From Candidatus Dojkabacteria bacterium (GTDB lineage: Bacteria; Patescibacteriota; Dojkabacteria; JAFGLO01): a stretch of DNA of 64,000 nucleotides. Positions 1-10,400 of this stretch are shown here, one piece after another. The first letter of the stretch is position 1. Each line of letters starts with the position of its first letter. The stretch is from positions 64,955 to 128,954 of the forward strand of contig JAFGLO010000004.1 of the NCBI GenBank assembly GCA_016927995.1, read 5' to 3'. A model generated the notes under the pieces. It had not been told where the DNA came from, did no database searches, and saw nothing but the letters and a program-made list of their open reading frames with translations. Position numbers and translations under genes: made by a program.

Positions 1-327
1 TTAGTAAGCAATGCAGTAAAGTATACAATGGAAGGTTCCGTAACGGTTACTATTAAAGAAAAGGAATATTCCGTTGAATGTTCTGTGACCGATACCGGAG
101 TGGGAGTATCTGCTTCCGATATTAAAAATCTTGGAAAGAAATTTTTTAGAGCAAGCCCTTATGTAAATGGGAAAGAAGGTAAAGGTAGTGACGTAATTCG
201 ACCGGGAGGTACCGGGCTTGGGCTTTATGTTACCTTTGGATTAATTAAGGCAATGGGCGGAAGGATTCGAATAGAAAGTACATTGGGTAAAGGATCTACG
301 TTTACATTTACCTTGCCGAAAGGGTAA
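1..327 (+). CDS. Sensor histidine kinase, C-terminal HATPase_c domain; 5' end lies outside the window
   Basis: The reading frame is open from position 1. It carries the G-box GGTGLGL and a G2-like GKGSTF motif typical of the histidine-kinase ATPase domain. Confidence 0.8.
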   Translation, partial: LVSNAVKYTMEGSVTVTIKEKEYSVECSVTDTGVGVSASDIKNLGKKFFRASPYVNGKEGKGSDVIRPGGTGLGLYVTFGLIKAMGGRIRIESTLGKGSTFTFTLPKG

Positions 328-380
328 GATTAACTTACTAAGACACTCGTCTTTTACTAAGCTAAGTTTTTAAAACTGCC

Positions 381-878
381 ATGTTACAAAAGATTAAGAC
401 ATATACTTTTGCAAATTGGGGTTATCTCTTGTGGGGAAGTTTGTTTTTTGTTGTACCTAGCCTTGGACTTCCACAACTTGTTACAGGAATTGTAGTGAAT
501 GCACTTTTAGCTTATGGAGTATTAAGCTTTGGATACAAGAAGACCTTTCCATTGACCATTTTTCCATCTTTGATTTCTGTTGCTTTGGGACTTTTGTTTG
601 GACCGTTTACGATTTTTCTCTTGTATTTTGTACCGGTTATTATACTTGCTAACAATCTGTACGTAATTATTCTAAACCGTTATGCAAAGGGCAATAATAT
701 AGCTAAATATATTTTGCCATCGGTAGTAAAGTCAGGAGTGTTATTTTTAGCTGCCTATGTTTTTGTAAAACTAGGTATTGTTCCCGGCGTTTTCTTAACA
801 ACAATGGGGTTAATCCAACTTGTTACGGCAACGGTTGGACTTTTAATAGGAATTGTCCTCGCTAAAACCAAGAAATAG
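381..878 (+). CDS. Hypothetical polytopic membrane protein
   Basis: 165 aa with about five hydrophobic spans. No family is recognisable from the sequence. Confidence 0.5.
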   Translation: MLQKIKTYTFANWGYLLWGSLFFVVPSLGLPQLVTGIVVNALLAYGVLSFGYKKTFPLTIFPSLISVALGLLFGPFTIFLLYFVPVIILANNLYVIILNRYAKGNNIAKYILPSVVKSGVLFLAAYVFVKLGIVPGVFLTTMGLIQLVTATVGLLIGIVLAKTKK

Positions 879-933
879 TAACAAAATACCGAAGTTGTGA
901 TACAATTTATGTGTTAACCTTATACTCTGTAAA

Positions 934-2712
934 ATGATTACCGATACACTAAAGTCAAAAATCCAGGAAGTCGTTAAGTCACTCTTCAAGGTAGATACTG
1001 AAATAGTTGTTGATATTCCCAATGATTCATCCAAAGGCGATTACTTTTCAAATGTGGCAATGCAGCTTGCCGGCAGACTTAAAAAAAATCCGGTAGAAAT
1101 CGCACAGGAAATCGTTAAGACACTTAACGTTTCAGATATCGCAGAGGCAACCGTAGCCAGTCCCGGATATATAAATTTTAAACTACTGACTTCTGTATAT
1201 CAAACAAAGTTTTGCGAAATGGTCGATGCCGCAAATAAAGGAAAACCGCTAGCTACAAACAGTCTTTGGAATGGCAAAAAAGTAATGATAGAGTTTGCAC
1301 ATCCTAATCCGTTTAAATCGTTTCATATTGGACACCTGCGAAATATCTGCCTTGGTGAATCACTTGTTCGCCTGTTCGAAGCATCAGGTGCAAAGGTAAT
1401 AAGAACAAATTACCAGGGTGATGTAGGCTTGCATATTGCAAAATGTTTATGGGCATTTTTAAAAACCGATCCTAAAGATTATCCGATGGCTCCACGTGAG
1501 AAAGCTACATTTTTAGGGAAATTGTATGCACAAGGTGCTACCGCATATAAAGATAACGAAAGCGCAAAATCAGAAATAAGAGAAATTAATAAGCAAATAT
1601 ATTCAGGTGAAAATCCCAAAATCACGAAACTTTGGCAACTTGGGAAAACTTGGAGTTTGGAGCATTTTCATGAAATATATAAGCGGGTATATTCCAGATT
1701 CGATAGAGAATACATGGAAACAGAAGTTATGAACGATGGACTTATGTATAGTAAACAAGCATTAGAAAAGGGAATTCTTAAAGAGAGTGACGGTGCAGTA
1801 ATTTTTGACGGAAAGCCACATGGGCTTGATACCAGGGTGTTTATAAACAATGAAGGATTACCAACCTACGAAGGTAAAGAACTCGGACTTGCATATAAAG
1901 AATTTACCGATTTTGGGGAATTAGATTTGTGTATTCACAACGTGGCCGTTGAACAGATAAGCTTTTTTAAGGTAACTTTTAAGGTCCAGGAGCTTTTAAA
2001 CCCTAAGCTTTTTAAAGGAAAACAGTATCACAATGCGTATGAATTTGTGGGGCTTAAAAAAGGAAAAATGAGTTCACGAGAGGGCAAAGTTGTTTTAGCA
2101 ATGGACATTTTGGATGAAGCTGTTTCTCGAATTAATGCTTTACCAACAGAAACTGCAAAAGACAATTCGGCTGAAGATTCGGATAATACCGAAATTTCGG
2201 AAACGGTGGGTGTCGGTGCCGTAAAATATTCATTCTTAAAGGTTAGCCCATTTAAATACATGGCGTTTGACATGGACGAGTGTGTAAGTCTTGAAGGAAA
2301 TTCGGGTCCATATTTGCAGTATAGTTATGTAAGGGCAAGGGCCGTAGGCAGTAGGGACATGTCTGTGACTTGTCCCGCAGATAGGGACATGTCTGTGACT
2401 TGTCCCACAGATGGGGAAATGTCACAGACTTGTCCTGCTTGTTCGACAAAAGAGGAACAGGAATTAATCAAGTCAATAACCAAATTTTCGGGCGTTGTGG
2501 AAGATGCCACAAAAGCCTATAGCCCTAATTATCTTGCCGATTACTTATACAAGCTTGCGCAAAGTTTTAGTAGATTTTATGAAAATGTTCCGGTACTTAA
2601 AGAGCCTGATACCCAAAAGAAAGCTGCGAGATTAACGCTTGTCTCAATGTTTGCTCGTGTAATGAAGGAAGGGCTTTATCTTTTAGGAATAGAGATAGTA
2701 GAAAAAATGTAA
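934..2712 (+). CDS. argS: Arginine--tRNA ligase with an in-frame repeat-derived insertion
   Basis: It has the class I HIGH motif (SFHIGHLRN), a KMSKS-like motif (KMSSREG), and the ArgRS N-terminal and anticodon-binding regions. An extended TGnTAcAAT -10 element lies at about 895-904. Confidence 0.95.
   Translation: MITDTLKSKIQEVVKSLFKVDTEIVVDIPNDSSKGDYFSNVAMQLAGRLKKNPVEIAQEIVKTLNVSDIAEATVASPGYINFKLLTSVYQTKFCEMVDAANKGKPLATNSLWNGKKVMIEFAHPNPFKSFHIGHLRNICLGESLVRLFEASGAKVIRTNYQGDVGLHIAKCLWAFLKTDPKDYPMAPREKATFLGKLYAQGATAYKDNESAKSEIREINKQIYSGENPKITKLWQLGKTWSLEHFHEIYKRVYSRFDREYMETEVMNDGLMYSKQALEKGILKESDGAVIFDGKPHGLDTRVFINNEGLPTYEGKELGLAYKEFTDFGELDLCIHNVAVEQISFFKVTFKVQELLNPKLFKGKQYHNAYEFVGLKKGKMSSREGKVVLAMDILDEAVSRINALPTETAKDNSAEDSDNTEISETVGVGAVKYSFLKVSPFKYMAFDMDECVSLEGNSGPYLQYSYVRARAVGSRDMSVTCPADRDMSVTCPTDGEMSQTCPACSTKEEQELIKSITKFSGVVEDATKAYSPNYLADYLYKLAQSFSRFYENVPVLKEPDTQKKAARLTLVSMFARVMKEGLYLLGIEIVEKM
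2353..2442 (+). repeat. 3 x 30-bp in-frame tandem repeat inside argS; each unit is a REP-like palindrome
   Basis: Units are 2353-2382, 2383-2412 and a degenerate copy at 2413-2442. The unit AGGGACATGTCTGTGACTTGTCCC[GA]CAGAT encodes RDMSVTCPAD / RDMSVTCPTD / GEMSQTCPAC. Each unit has GGGACA...TGTCCC inverted arms, and GTAGGGACA-GTCT matches the REP-like repeat at 42752 and 51723. Confidence 0.8.
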
Positions 2713-2720
2713 AAATCGAA

Positions 2721-3239
2721 ATGAATGATCGCGAGGATCGGCAAGTTGAATCTATAACTGTCCAACTTCCGGATTTTAATTCACCAGAATATCTAGCAGA
2801 GCATAGAAAACAACTAACTGGATTCTACGTTAGAGATCCGAGGCAAATAGATTATGATGCGTTTCGTGTACTTTTACTAAAAGCAGGGTATACGGATCTA
2901 GCACTTGAGCAGTTAACTCAAATCGATGCAGCCGTTCTTTTGAGACAAGTATCTTTAAATAAAGCCGAGGTTTCAAAATGTCAGGCTTCGGAGTCTAGCG
3001 TAAATGATCTCAGACGGGTACAGATTCTTACAGATATATATAGACTGGATCGTTTAAAACAACACCTTTCAGAAAATAACATTTCTGTCTATTCACTTAA
3101 ATGGAAAGGTTCTTTTCAGCAGGCAAATAATGTAGTTAAACCATTATTCTTCATTAACAATGGAAGGGGAATATTTGGAAATTATACATTGGAGGAGCTT
3201 GAGCAGATGGCTAATGTCCAGATCACAACTAGCAAGTAA
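2721..3239 (+). CDS. Hypothetical protein
   Basis: 172-aa ORF starting 9 nt after argS. No recognisable motifs. Confidence 0.45.
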   Translation: MNDREDRQVESITVQLPDFNSPEYLAEHRKQLTGFYVRDPRQIDYDAFRVLLLKAGYTDLALEQLTQIDAAVLLRQVSLNKAEVSKCQASESSVNDLRRVQILTDIYRLDRLKQHLSENNISVYSLKWKGSFQQANNVVKPLFFINNGRGIFGNYTLEELEQMANVQITTSK

Positions 3240-3240
3240 T

Positions 3241-5094
3241 TTACTTTATGTTCCCAATCTGGCGCTTAGCTTTTGTTCGCTCGGTTCGTGTCAATAAAAC
3301 CTTTCTTAGTCTTAAGCTTTGAGGCGTTACTTCAAGCATTTCATCGTCGGCAATAAAAACAAGTGCATATTCAAGGGTAAGCGGGAGCGTTTGTTTTAAA
3401 GGAATCTGGGTAACTTCACCAACACGCATTCTTGAGGAGACCTCTCGTTCCTTGGCAATGTTAATATCAAGATCTGTATCGAATTTATTAATTCCTACTA
3501 TCATTCCTTCGTAAACAGGTTCGCCTGGTTTTATAAATAAGTCGCCACGATCTTGGGCTAGTCCTAGTGCATAATCAGTCGAGATACCTTTCTCGTATGC
3601 AATTAGTACACCACCTCGTTTAATTTCATCAATTTTCTCTAAAGGCTCATAGCCGGATACAAAACTATTTAAAACCGAAGTTCCTTTGGTTTGAGTCAAA
3701 AGCGTGTTTCTAAGTCCCAGCAGATTTCTTGTTTTTATTTGGTAAATAAAATGAACAATTCCTTTTGAGGTTTCCATGCTTTGTAAAATTGCTTTCCTGT
3801 GGCCAAGCTCGTTTGTTATGATACCAATCCATTCTTCCGGAACGTCGATATAAAGCTTTTCTACCGGCTCTTTAATAAGTCCGTCTTCTTCTTGCAGAAT
3901 TACTTCAGGTCTTCTCACCTGAAATTCGTAGCCTTCTCGTCGTAATGTTTCAATAAGGATTGACAACTGAAGTTCTCCTCGACCAGAAATATAATAACTG
4001 CTGCCTTGGGCTTTTTCAATTTTTAATGAAATATTGGTTTCCTTTTCGCGCTCAATACGTTGTTCAATTTGCTTTGCCGTAACGTAGTCTCCATCTTTTC
4101 CGGTAAATGGTGAAGTATTAGGTTCAATTTTAATTTTTACTGAAGGTGGAGAAATCTTTATCAATGATAATGGTTCAGGAGTTTGAAAATCACAAAGTGT
4201 GGCTCCTATTTCTGTTGATTCGATTCCTGTTATTGCAACAATATCACCTGTTTCTGCGATGTCTGTTGACTCGTAGTTAAGTCCTTTTCTTACAAAAATT
4301 TTTGTAACTTTTCCCGATGATAGGTTGGAATCTTCCGGTTTACATAATATAAGCGTTTGTCCAATTTTTGCTTTTCCTCTGTTTACTCGACCAATAAGAT
4401 ATCTACCTACATGACTGTCATAATCAAGTGCGGCAACCTGCATTTGGAAGCTGCCATTTATGTCCCCTTGGGGTTTGGGAATATATTCAATAATTTTGTC
4501 GAGTAGGGGTTGGATTGTACCTTGAGTTACATCTGGAACGGTTAAGTCACCTTCGGGTAGATTTTCAAAGACTTTACCTTCTCTGCCGATTGCATAGAAT
4601 ACAGGAAAGCTTAGTTGGGTATCACTCGTAGCAAGATTTAAAAATAGGTCCTCAACTTTTTTTCTGGTACTAATGACATCTGCGAACTTTTTGTCAATTT
4701 TATTTATTACAACAATTACAGGTAGATTTAGCTCAAATGCCTTGCGCAAAACAAATTCCGTCTGAGGCATTACACCTTCCTGAGCGTCAACAACAAGAAT
4801 ACATCCATCAGCCATATTTAATGTTCGTTCAACTTCACCGCCAAAATCCGAGTGACCGGGAGTATCGATAATATTTATTTTGTAGCCCTTATAATCGATT
4901 GCAATATTTTTTGCAAGAATAGTTATACCTTTTTCACGTTCAAGCTCATTAGAATCAAGAATCTGGGTTTGTTTCATCTCTTGCTGATTATCTCTAAACA
5001 ACTGGCTTTGTTTTATAAATGCATCAACCAGTGTGGTTTTTCCATGATCTACGTGTGCAATGATTGCTATGTTTCGAATATCTGCCTGTTGCAT
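3241..5094 (-). CDS. typA: Translational GTPase TypA/BipA
   Basis: N-terminal AHVDHGKTTL G1 motif, DTPGH, NKIDK, and the EF-G-like domain arrangement typical of BipA at about 617 aa. Confidence 0.93.
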   Translation of the reverse strand: MQQADIRNIAIIAHVDHGKTTLVDAFIKQSQLFRDNQQEMKQTQILDSNELEREKGITILAKNIAIDYKGYKINIIDTPGHSDFGGEVERTLNMADGCILVVDAQEGVMPQTEFVLRKAFELNLPVIVVINKIDKKFADVISTRKKVEDLFLNLATSDTQLSFPVFYAIGREGKVFENLPEGDLTVPDVTQGTIQPLLDKIIEYIPKPQGDINGSFQMQVAALDYDSHVGRYLIGRVNRGKAKIGQTLILCKPEDSNLSSGKVTKIFVRKGLNYESTDIAETGDIVAITGIESTEIGATLCDFQTPEPLSLIKISPPSVKIKIEPNTSPFTGKDGDYVTAKQIEQRIEREKETNISLKIEKAQGSSYYISGRGELQLSILIETLRREGYEFQVRRPEVILQEEDGLIKEPVEKLYIDVPEEWIGIITNELGHRKAILQSMETSKGIVHFIYQIKTRNLLGLRNTLLTQTKGTSVLNSFVSGYEPLEKIDEIKRGGVLIAYEKGISTDYALGLAQDRGDLFIKPGEPVYEGMIVGINKFDTDLDINIAKEREVSSRMRVGEVTQIPLKQTLPLTLEYALVFIADDEMLEVTPQSLRLRKVLLTRTERTKAKRQIGNIK

Positions 5095-5208
5095 AGAATA
5101 ATACGTAAAATATCTGTCTGCCTTTATTACTTACCCGAATGGGGATATTAATAAGTAGGAACCGACTATTATACCACCGAATGATGATTTTTTGTATCTA
5201 TGTTCCGT

Positions 5209-7191
5209 TTATTCACCAAATACTGCATCGTGAGTGCGTTTCATCAAGCTTTGATCAAGAAGGGATGCAATTTTTATTCTAGGAATACCGCTTTGTAAAG
5301 TCCCGTAAACTTCACCCGGTCCCCTCCGCTTAAGGTCATATTCGGCGACTTTAAGTCCATCGATTGTTTTTGCAAAATATTCAAGTCTTTCCTTTACATC
5401 AGTTGAATCACTCTCGGAAAACAAAAAGCAATGAGACTTCTGATTTCGTCGTCCTATTCTTCCTCTTAATTGATGCAGTTGTGCAAGTCCAAACCTTTCC
5501 GCACTTTCAATAATCATAATACTTGCGTGCGGTATATCAATTCCAACTTCGACTACCGGTGTTGCTACCAATATGTCGTATCTAAGCTTGGCAAAATCGC
5601 TAAGAATTTTTTGTTTTTCCTGTTCCTTTTGTCTTCCATGTAGGAGTGCAATATCAAATTCAGGAAAGATTTTATTTTTAAGCCGATCAAACTCAAGCAT
5701 GGCAGCCTTTGACTGGAGATGAGGGGATTCTTCAATTAACGGACAGATAACAAACAATTGTTCATAGTCTTCAGTTTCCTTTCCATTAAGGATTTTTTCT
5801 CTTATCCATTCGTATACTTTTTCCGTATTATTTGTGAAATGAGTTTTGACTGGAATTCTGCCTTTTGGCATTTCATCGATATAAGAGATGTCAAGACTTC
5901 CATACAAAGAAAGTGCTAGTGTTCTTGGAATTGGTGTTGCCGTCATAATCAAATAGTGGGGATTATTACCTGTTTTATCAACAAAAGCTAGCTTTCCTCG
6001 TTGACGTACGCCAAACCTGTGTTGCTCATCAATTACAACTACACCAATTTTTTTAGGTAGATCCTTATGATGCAGTAGCGCCTGGGTTCCAATTAAAATT
6101 TGTGGTTTGTTCTCAATTTTTATTTTTCGGGTTTGTGCCGTTATCAATTTTATAGAGTTTGTATATTTTGGTGGGAGATAGCTTTTTATTGTTTCATAGT
6201 GCTGGGCGGCAAGAATTGTCGTTGGTGCCATGATTATTCCGGTTAGCTTGTTGTCAATGGCTGATACAAGTGCTGTTAATGCAACGATTGTTTTCCCGCA
6301 ACCTACGTCACCTGCAAGTAATCGGTGCATTGGCGCTTTACCGCTTGTATCGACAATAATCTCTTCAATTGATCGCTTTTGGGCTTTTGTAAGTTCATGC
6401 GGAAAAGTCTTGATTAGTAGTGGGAGGCCTTTCTTGGGAGTAATAGGGATAGCCTTTCTCTTCTTTTGAATTGTTTTTATTTTCTTAAGTTTTAGTTGAA
6501 TCTCATATAATTCCTCGAAACCTATACGTTCTCTTGCTTTTTCAATGTCAGTTTCGGATTCCGGAAAATGAATCTTGAAGATTGCTTCCGAGCGGGGAAT
6601 TAATGATTCCTTTGTTAATAGTTCTGTAGAAAGTGTTTCAGTTACAAGCTCTTTAACGAGTGGTTTGATTTTTGTGAAAATAGTTCTAAATTTTCTTGAG
6701 CTTAACCCCTTTGTTTCCGGATATACTGGAGTTATTCGACCAAGGTGTACAGTTGACTCAAGTGAGTTTTCTTTTATTTCCTCATGAATTGGGTTGGATA
6801 GATAAAATTCGTTGGTCTTAACCGTTAGTTTTCCCGAAAAAAGATAGTCGTTTCCGGGTTTTATTGCAGAAAGAATATAGGGCTGGTTAAACCATCTTAT
6901 AGAGATAAAGTTTTCACCATCTGTTCCGGTAGCAGTTACAATTGACATTCCTTTGGTTCTTGTGAAAACCCTTTTAACATTTGTAATTTTTAGTAAAACC
7001 GTACCTTCTTTCTCTACTAGTAGTTGGTGGACCCTTAATATTTGTGAAGTGTCAACATATCTTGTAGGAAAATGATTTAACAGATCTTCGACTCGCTCAA
7101 TGCCTAATTTACTAAGTAATATTGCAACTTTGGGACCAACTCTGGGAAGATATTGAACATTGTCATTGGCAGTAACTTTTTTTTCCGACAT
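5209..7191 (-). CDS. recG: ATP-dependent DNA helicase RecG
   Basis: Walker A GDVGCGKT, a DEQH box, superfamily 2 helicase motifs and an N-terminal wedge region at 660 aa. Confidence 0.93.
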   Translation of the reverse strand: MSEKKVTANDNVQYLPRVGPKVAILLSKLGIERVEDLLNHFPTRYVDTSQILRVHQLLVEKEGTVLLKITNVKRVFTRTKGMSIVTATGTDGENFISIRWFNQPYILSAIKPGNDYLFSGKLTVKTNEFYLSNPIHEEIKENSLESTVHLGRITPVYPETKGLSSRKFRTIFTKIKPLVKELVTETLSTELLTKESLIPRSEAIFKIHFPESETDIEKARERIGFEELYEIQLKLKKIKTIQKKRKAIPITPKKGLPLLIKTFPHELTKAQKRSIEEIIVDTSGKAPMHRLLAGDVGCGKTIVALTALVSAIDNKLTGIIMAPTTILAAQHYETIKSYLPPKYTNSIKLITAQTRKIKIENKPQILIGTQALLHHKDLPKKIGVVVIDEQHRFGVRQRGKLAFVDKTGNNPHYLIMTATPIPRTLALSLYGSLDISYIDEMPKGRIPVKTHFTNNTEKVYEWIREKILNGKETEDYEQLFVICPLIEESPHLQSKAAMLEFDRLKNKIFPEFDIALLHGRQKEQEKQKILSDFAKLRYDILVATPVVEVGIDIPHASIMIIESAERFGLAQLHQLRGRIGRRNQKSHCFLFSESDSTDVKERLEYFAKTIDGLKVAEYDLKRRGPGEVYGTLQSGIPRIKIASLLDQSLMKRTHDAVFGE

Positions 7192-7197
7192 TTGGCT

Positions 7198-7296
7198 TTA
7201 GTAAAATATCGTAAGCAAGACTGGACCTATTATTGATAAAAGTGTAGCAACAAGAATAATTATCCAGACAGCTTTTTGAACATTTTTTACTTTCAT
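7198..7296 (-). CDS. Candidate small hydrophobic protein (32 aa), translationally coupled to recG
   Basis: The ORF MKVKNVQKAVWIIILVATLLSIIGPVLLTIFY is preceded by an AAGAGG Shine-Dalgarno sequence 8 nt upstream. Its stop lies 7 nt before the recG ATG. It is too short for the ORF track. Confidence 0.3.
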   Translation of the reverse strand: MKVKNVQKAVWIIILVATLLSIIGPVLLTIFY

Positions 7297-7476
7297 TTTA
7301 CTGCCTCTTTAGTTTATGTCGAGTTTGCCTGTAAATGGCAATTCAACAAGGTATATGATACCATTAAATAACGAAAATATAAAGGTTGTTACTTTCTTTA
7401 GGTAACCCTCGTATTGTATATACCAACAATCCCAAAATTTAGGTATAATGAAACTTGAATAATTAACAAAAACAAA

Positions 7477-10400
7477 ATGGTAACTTTTAGCGTCTCAACA
7501 ACAAAAAAACAACCAAAACGTAAAACTCCGCCCAAGCGTCGCTCGGTAATGAACATCGGGTATTCAAAGTATAGACGCAGAATAAAAGGTGTTCACCTTT
7601 CAAAAGATGCTCAAACCTGGATTAAACGTGTTGGTACAGCCGCTGTAGTTATCTTTGGAGTCATTGGAATAATAGGTGCAATTGTACTCATGATTTTCCT
7701 GCGTAATGTAAAAAAAGACCTTCCGAATCCGGGTGAAATTTGGAATCGGAATATTGCAGAAGCCACCAGAATATACGATCGTAATATGAATCTATTGTAT
7801 ACAACCTTTGGTGATCAGAATAGAGAATACGTTTCTCTCGACCAAATTCCCAATGTAACACGTGCGGCAGTATTATCTGCAGAAGATAAAGATTTTTATG
7901 AGCACAGTGGTGTCGATTGGACTGGTCTTGTTGCCGCATTTTACGACAACTTCCGTTCTGGAAAGATTGTCCGTGGTTCAAGTACAATAAGTCAGCAGCT
8001 AGTTAGGAACACAATTTTATTGGATTATCTTGGGGAGAAAGCATATGAACAATCATATCTCCGAAAAATAAAAGAGATATTAATAACCCTTGAACTCGAG
8101 AATCAACTTACAAAGGATGAGATATTAGAGCTTTACATGAACGAAATTCCGCTTGGTGGAACCGTATACGGGTTTCAGGCAGCAGCTCAGTCATATTTTG
8201 GAAAGGACGTATCTCAACTTACACTTGCAGAAAGTGCACTTTTGGCCGGAATAATTAAGGCTCCAAGTTATTATTCTCCGTTATTTGGATTTGCACCGGA
8301 GGAAGCGATTGCGCAGAAAGATATGGTTCTTGACTTAATGGAGAAAAATCTCACAAAACTTAACGAAAGATACGGTATTACCCAAGAAGATATTGACGAA
8401 GCTCGACTTCAGCAAATTACATATAATCCCAAACCGATTGATATTAAGTCTCCACATTTTGTACTTTGGGTGAGGCAGCTTTTGGTAGAAATGTATGGGG
8501 CCGAAGTTGTTGAGCAGGGTGGTCTTACTGTTATAACCAGTCTTGATTATGACATGCAGCAAATTGCACAAGAGGAGATTCGTGTTGCAATTGACGGTAC
8601 CGGTACTGAAGTAGGATTTCGTGAACAGTACAATGTAAATAACGGAGCAATGGTTGTTCTTGATCCGCAAACAGGGGAAATACTTGTAATGGTGGGTTCA
8701 TATGATTATTGGACAATTGATGACCCGCGTGTCGATGGAAATGTTAATGTTACATTAAGTCCGCGCCAAATGGGCTCTGCCGTTAAACCAATTACATACC
8801 TTACTGCGTTTGAACAAGGTTATTCGCCTTCAACACTTGCTCCCGATATATCTTGGAGTTTTGGAGCAGCATATCAACCTAAAAACTGGGATGGAAGGTA
8901 CGATGGAATTATTCCTATGCGTGATGCATTACTGCGGTCAAGAAACCTTCCGGCATTATACACTTCCGAACTTGTGGGGGTACACAATTTTGTTGCAACT
9001 GCCGAGCGACTCGGGATTTCAACTCTAAATGATGTTAGTAACTACGGAGTTTCGATAACACTAGGTACTGCGGAAATGAAGCTTCTTGAGCTCACAAATG
9101 CATATGCCGCATTTGCTTCCGGTGGAATCCAGCATGAACCGGTGCCAATTTTAAAGGTTCTGGATAAAAAAGATAACGTTATCTATGAAGCCGATTTAGG
9201 TGACAGTTACAGAGTTATAAATGAACAGGAGGCATATTTACTAAACTGGGTTTTATGTAACGAAAGTAATACAACAAGACCAATGAAAGAACTTTATACA
9301 ATTGGTGGACAAAGGCTTTGCGGAAAAACAGGTACAACCGATGGACCTCGAGATCTCACCTCATTTTTGTATTACCCCAAGCTTGTTGTAGGAGTATGGG
9401 CCGGAAATAACAACAACGAAGTAACCTGTGGATATCGTTATGCCGATGGGACATGTAGAGGTCAGCAGGGTTGGAGTACAACAGTTCCATTGCCAATTGC
9501 TCATAGCTACTTGCAGCGTGTGATTGGTAGATTTGATAAAGCCTGGATAACCAGACCGGGAAATATCGTAGAGAAAAGAGTTTGTATGGACACAGGCTTA
9601 CCGGCTGGCGAAAATACTGCATGTCCTACCGAAACATTTGTGTTTAATGCAGACAGTTTGCCTGACAACGACGATTCGCATAAGACATATCCGATTTGTA
9701 GGGTAAACGGCCTAATTGCAACAAATGAATCAGAGGCAAGACAAATGGGATTAATCGACGATATTATGTATGTTGATTACAAGCTTGTAAATACTAACCA
9801 CGATAACGAGTGGCATAAATGGTTAACCGATCATAGAGATACAATTGCAGGGATGTTAGGAAAGAATATTGCCGATGTCCGTTATGCCTTTGAGCTTCCG
9901 GCTGAAGCAACCTGTCCACTTGGACTTGGCGGGAACAATGAACCGGTGGTTGCATTCTCTTCGCCGGTAGAGGGTCAGGAGGTTATTGCCGAGACAAATC
10001 TAAGAATTGCTTTTACTACGATTTCACTTGATCCAATTGTTAGTGCACAAATATTTTTTGACTCAACACTTGTTGGAACTGGCGATATTAACAGTAATTC
10101 AGCAGATATAACTTACCTTGTTCCTTCCGGGACAACAACCGGTAACCATATCGTACGAGTTGTTGTACGTGATAGTGCCGATAGGGTGACTGAAGCAACA
10201 AGAACTGTATCTGTAAGACAACCAAGAAATATATTTCTGTCGGTATCTGTAGTTAACGGATTTTCCAGTTCTGTCAAGGAGTTGCAAGCAAACCTAAGTG
10301 GAGCCGATATTGGGGATGTAAATTCGGTTACGTTTTATGTATACAATAGTTCCAACACTTTGGTTAAAACATTGTCTGGCGAAATATCTTCGGTTAGTCT

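Noticed and set aside
2252-2510. Two minus-strand ORFs (65 and 61 aa) inside argS
   Set aside because: They are antisense to a well-supported essential gene and exist only because the palindromic 30-bp repeat reads open on both strands.
8335-9028. Short ORFs on either strand inside the PBP1A gene
   Set aside because: They are nested in or antisense to a gene with clear GT51 and transpeptidase motifs.
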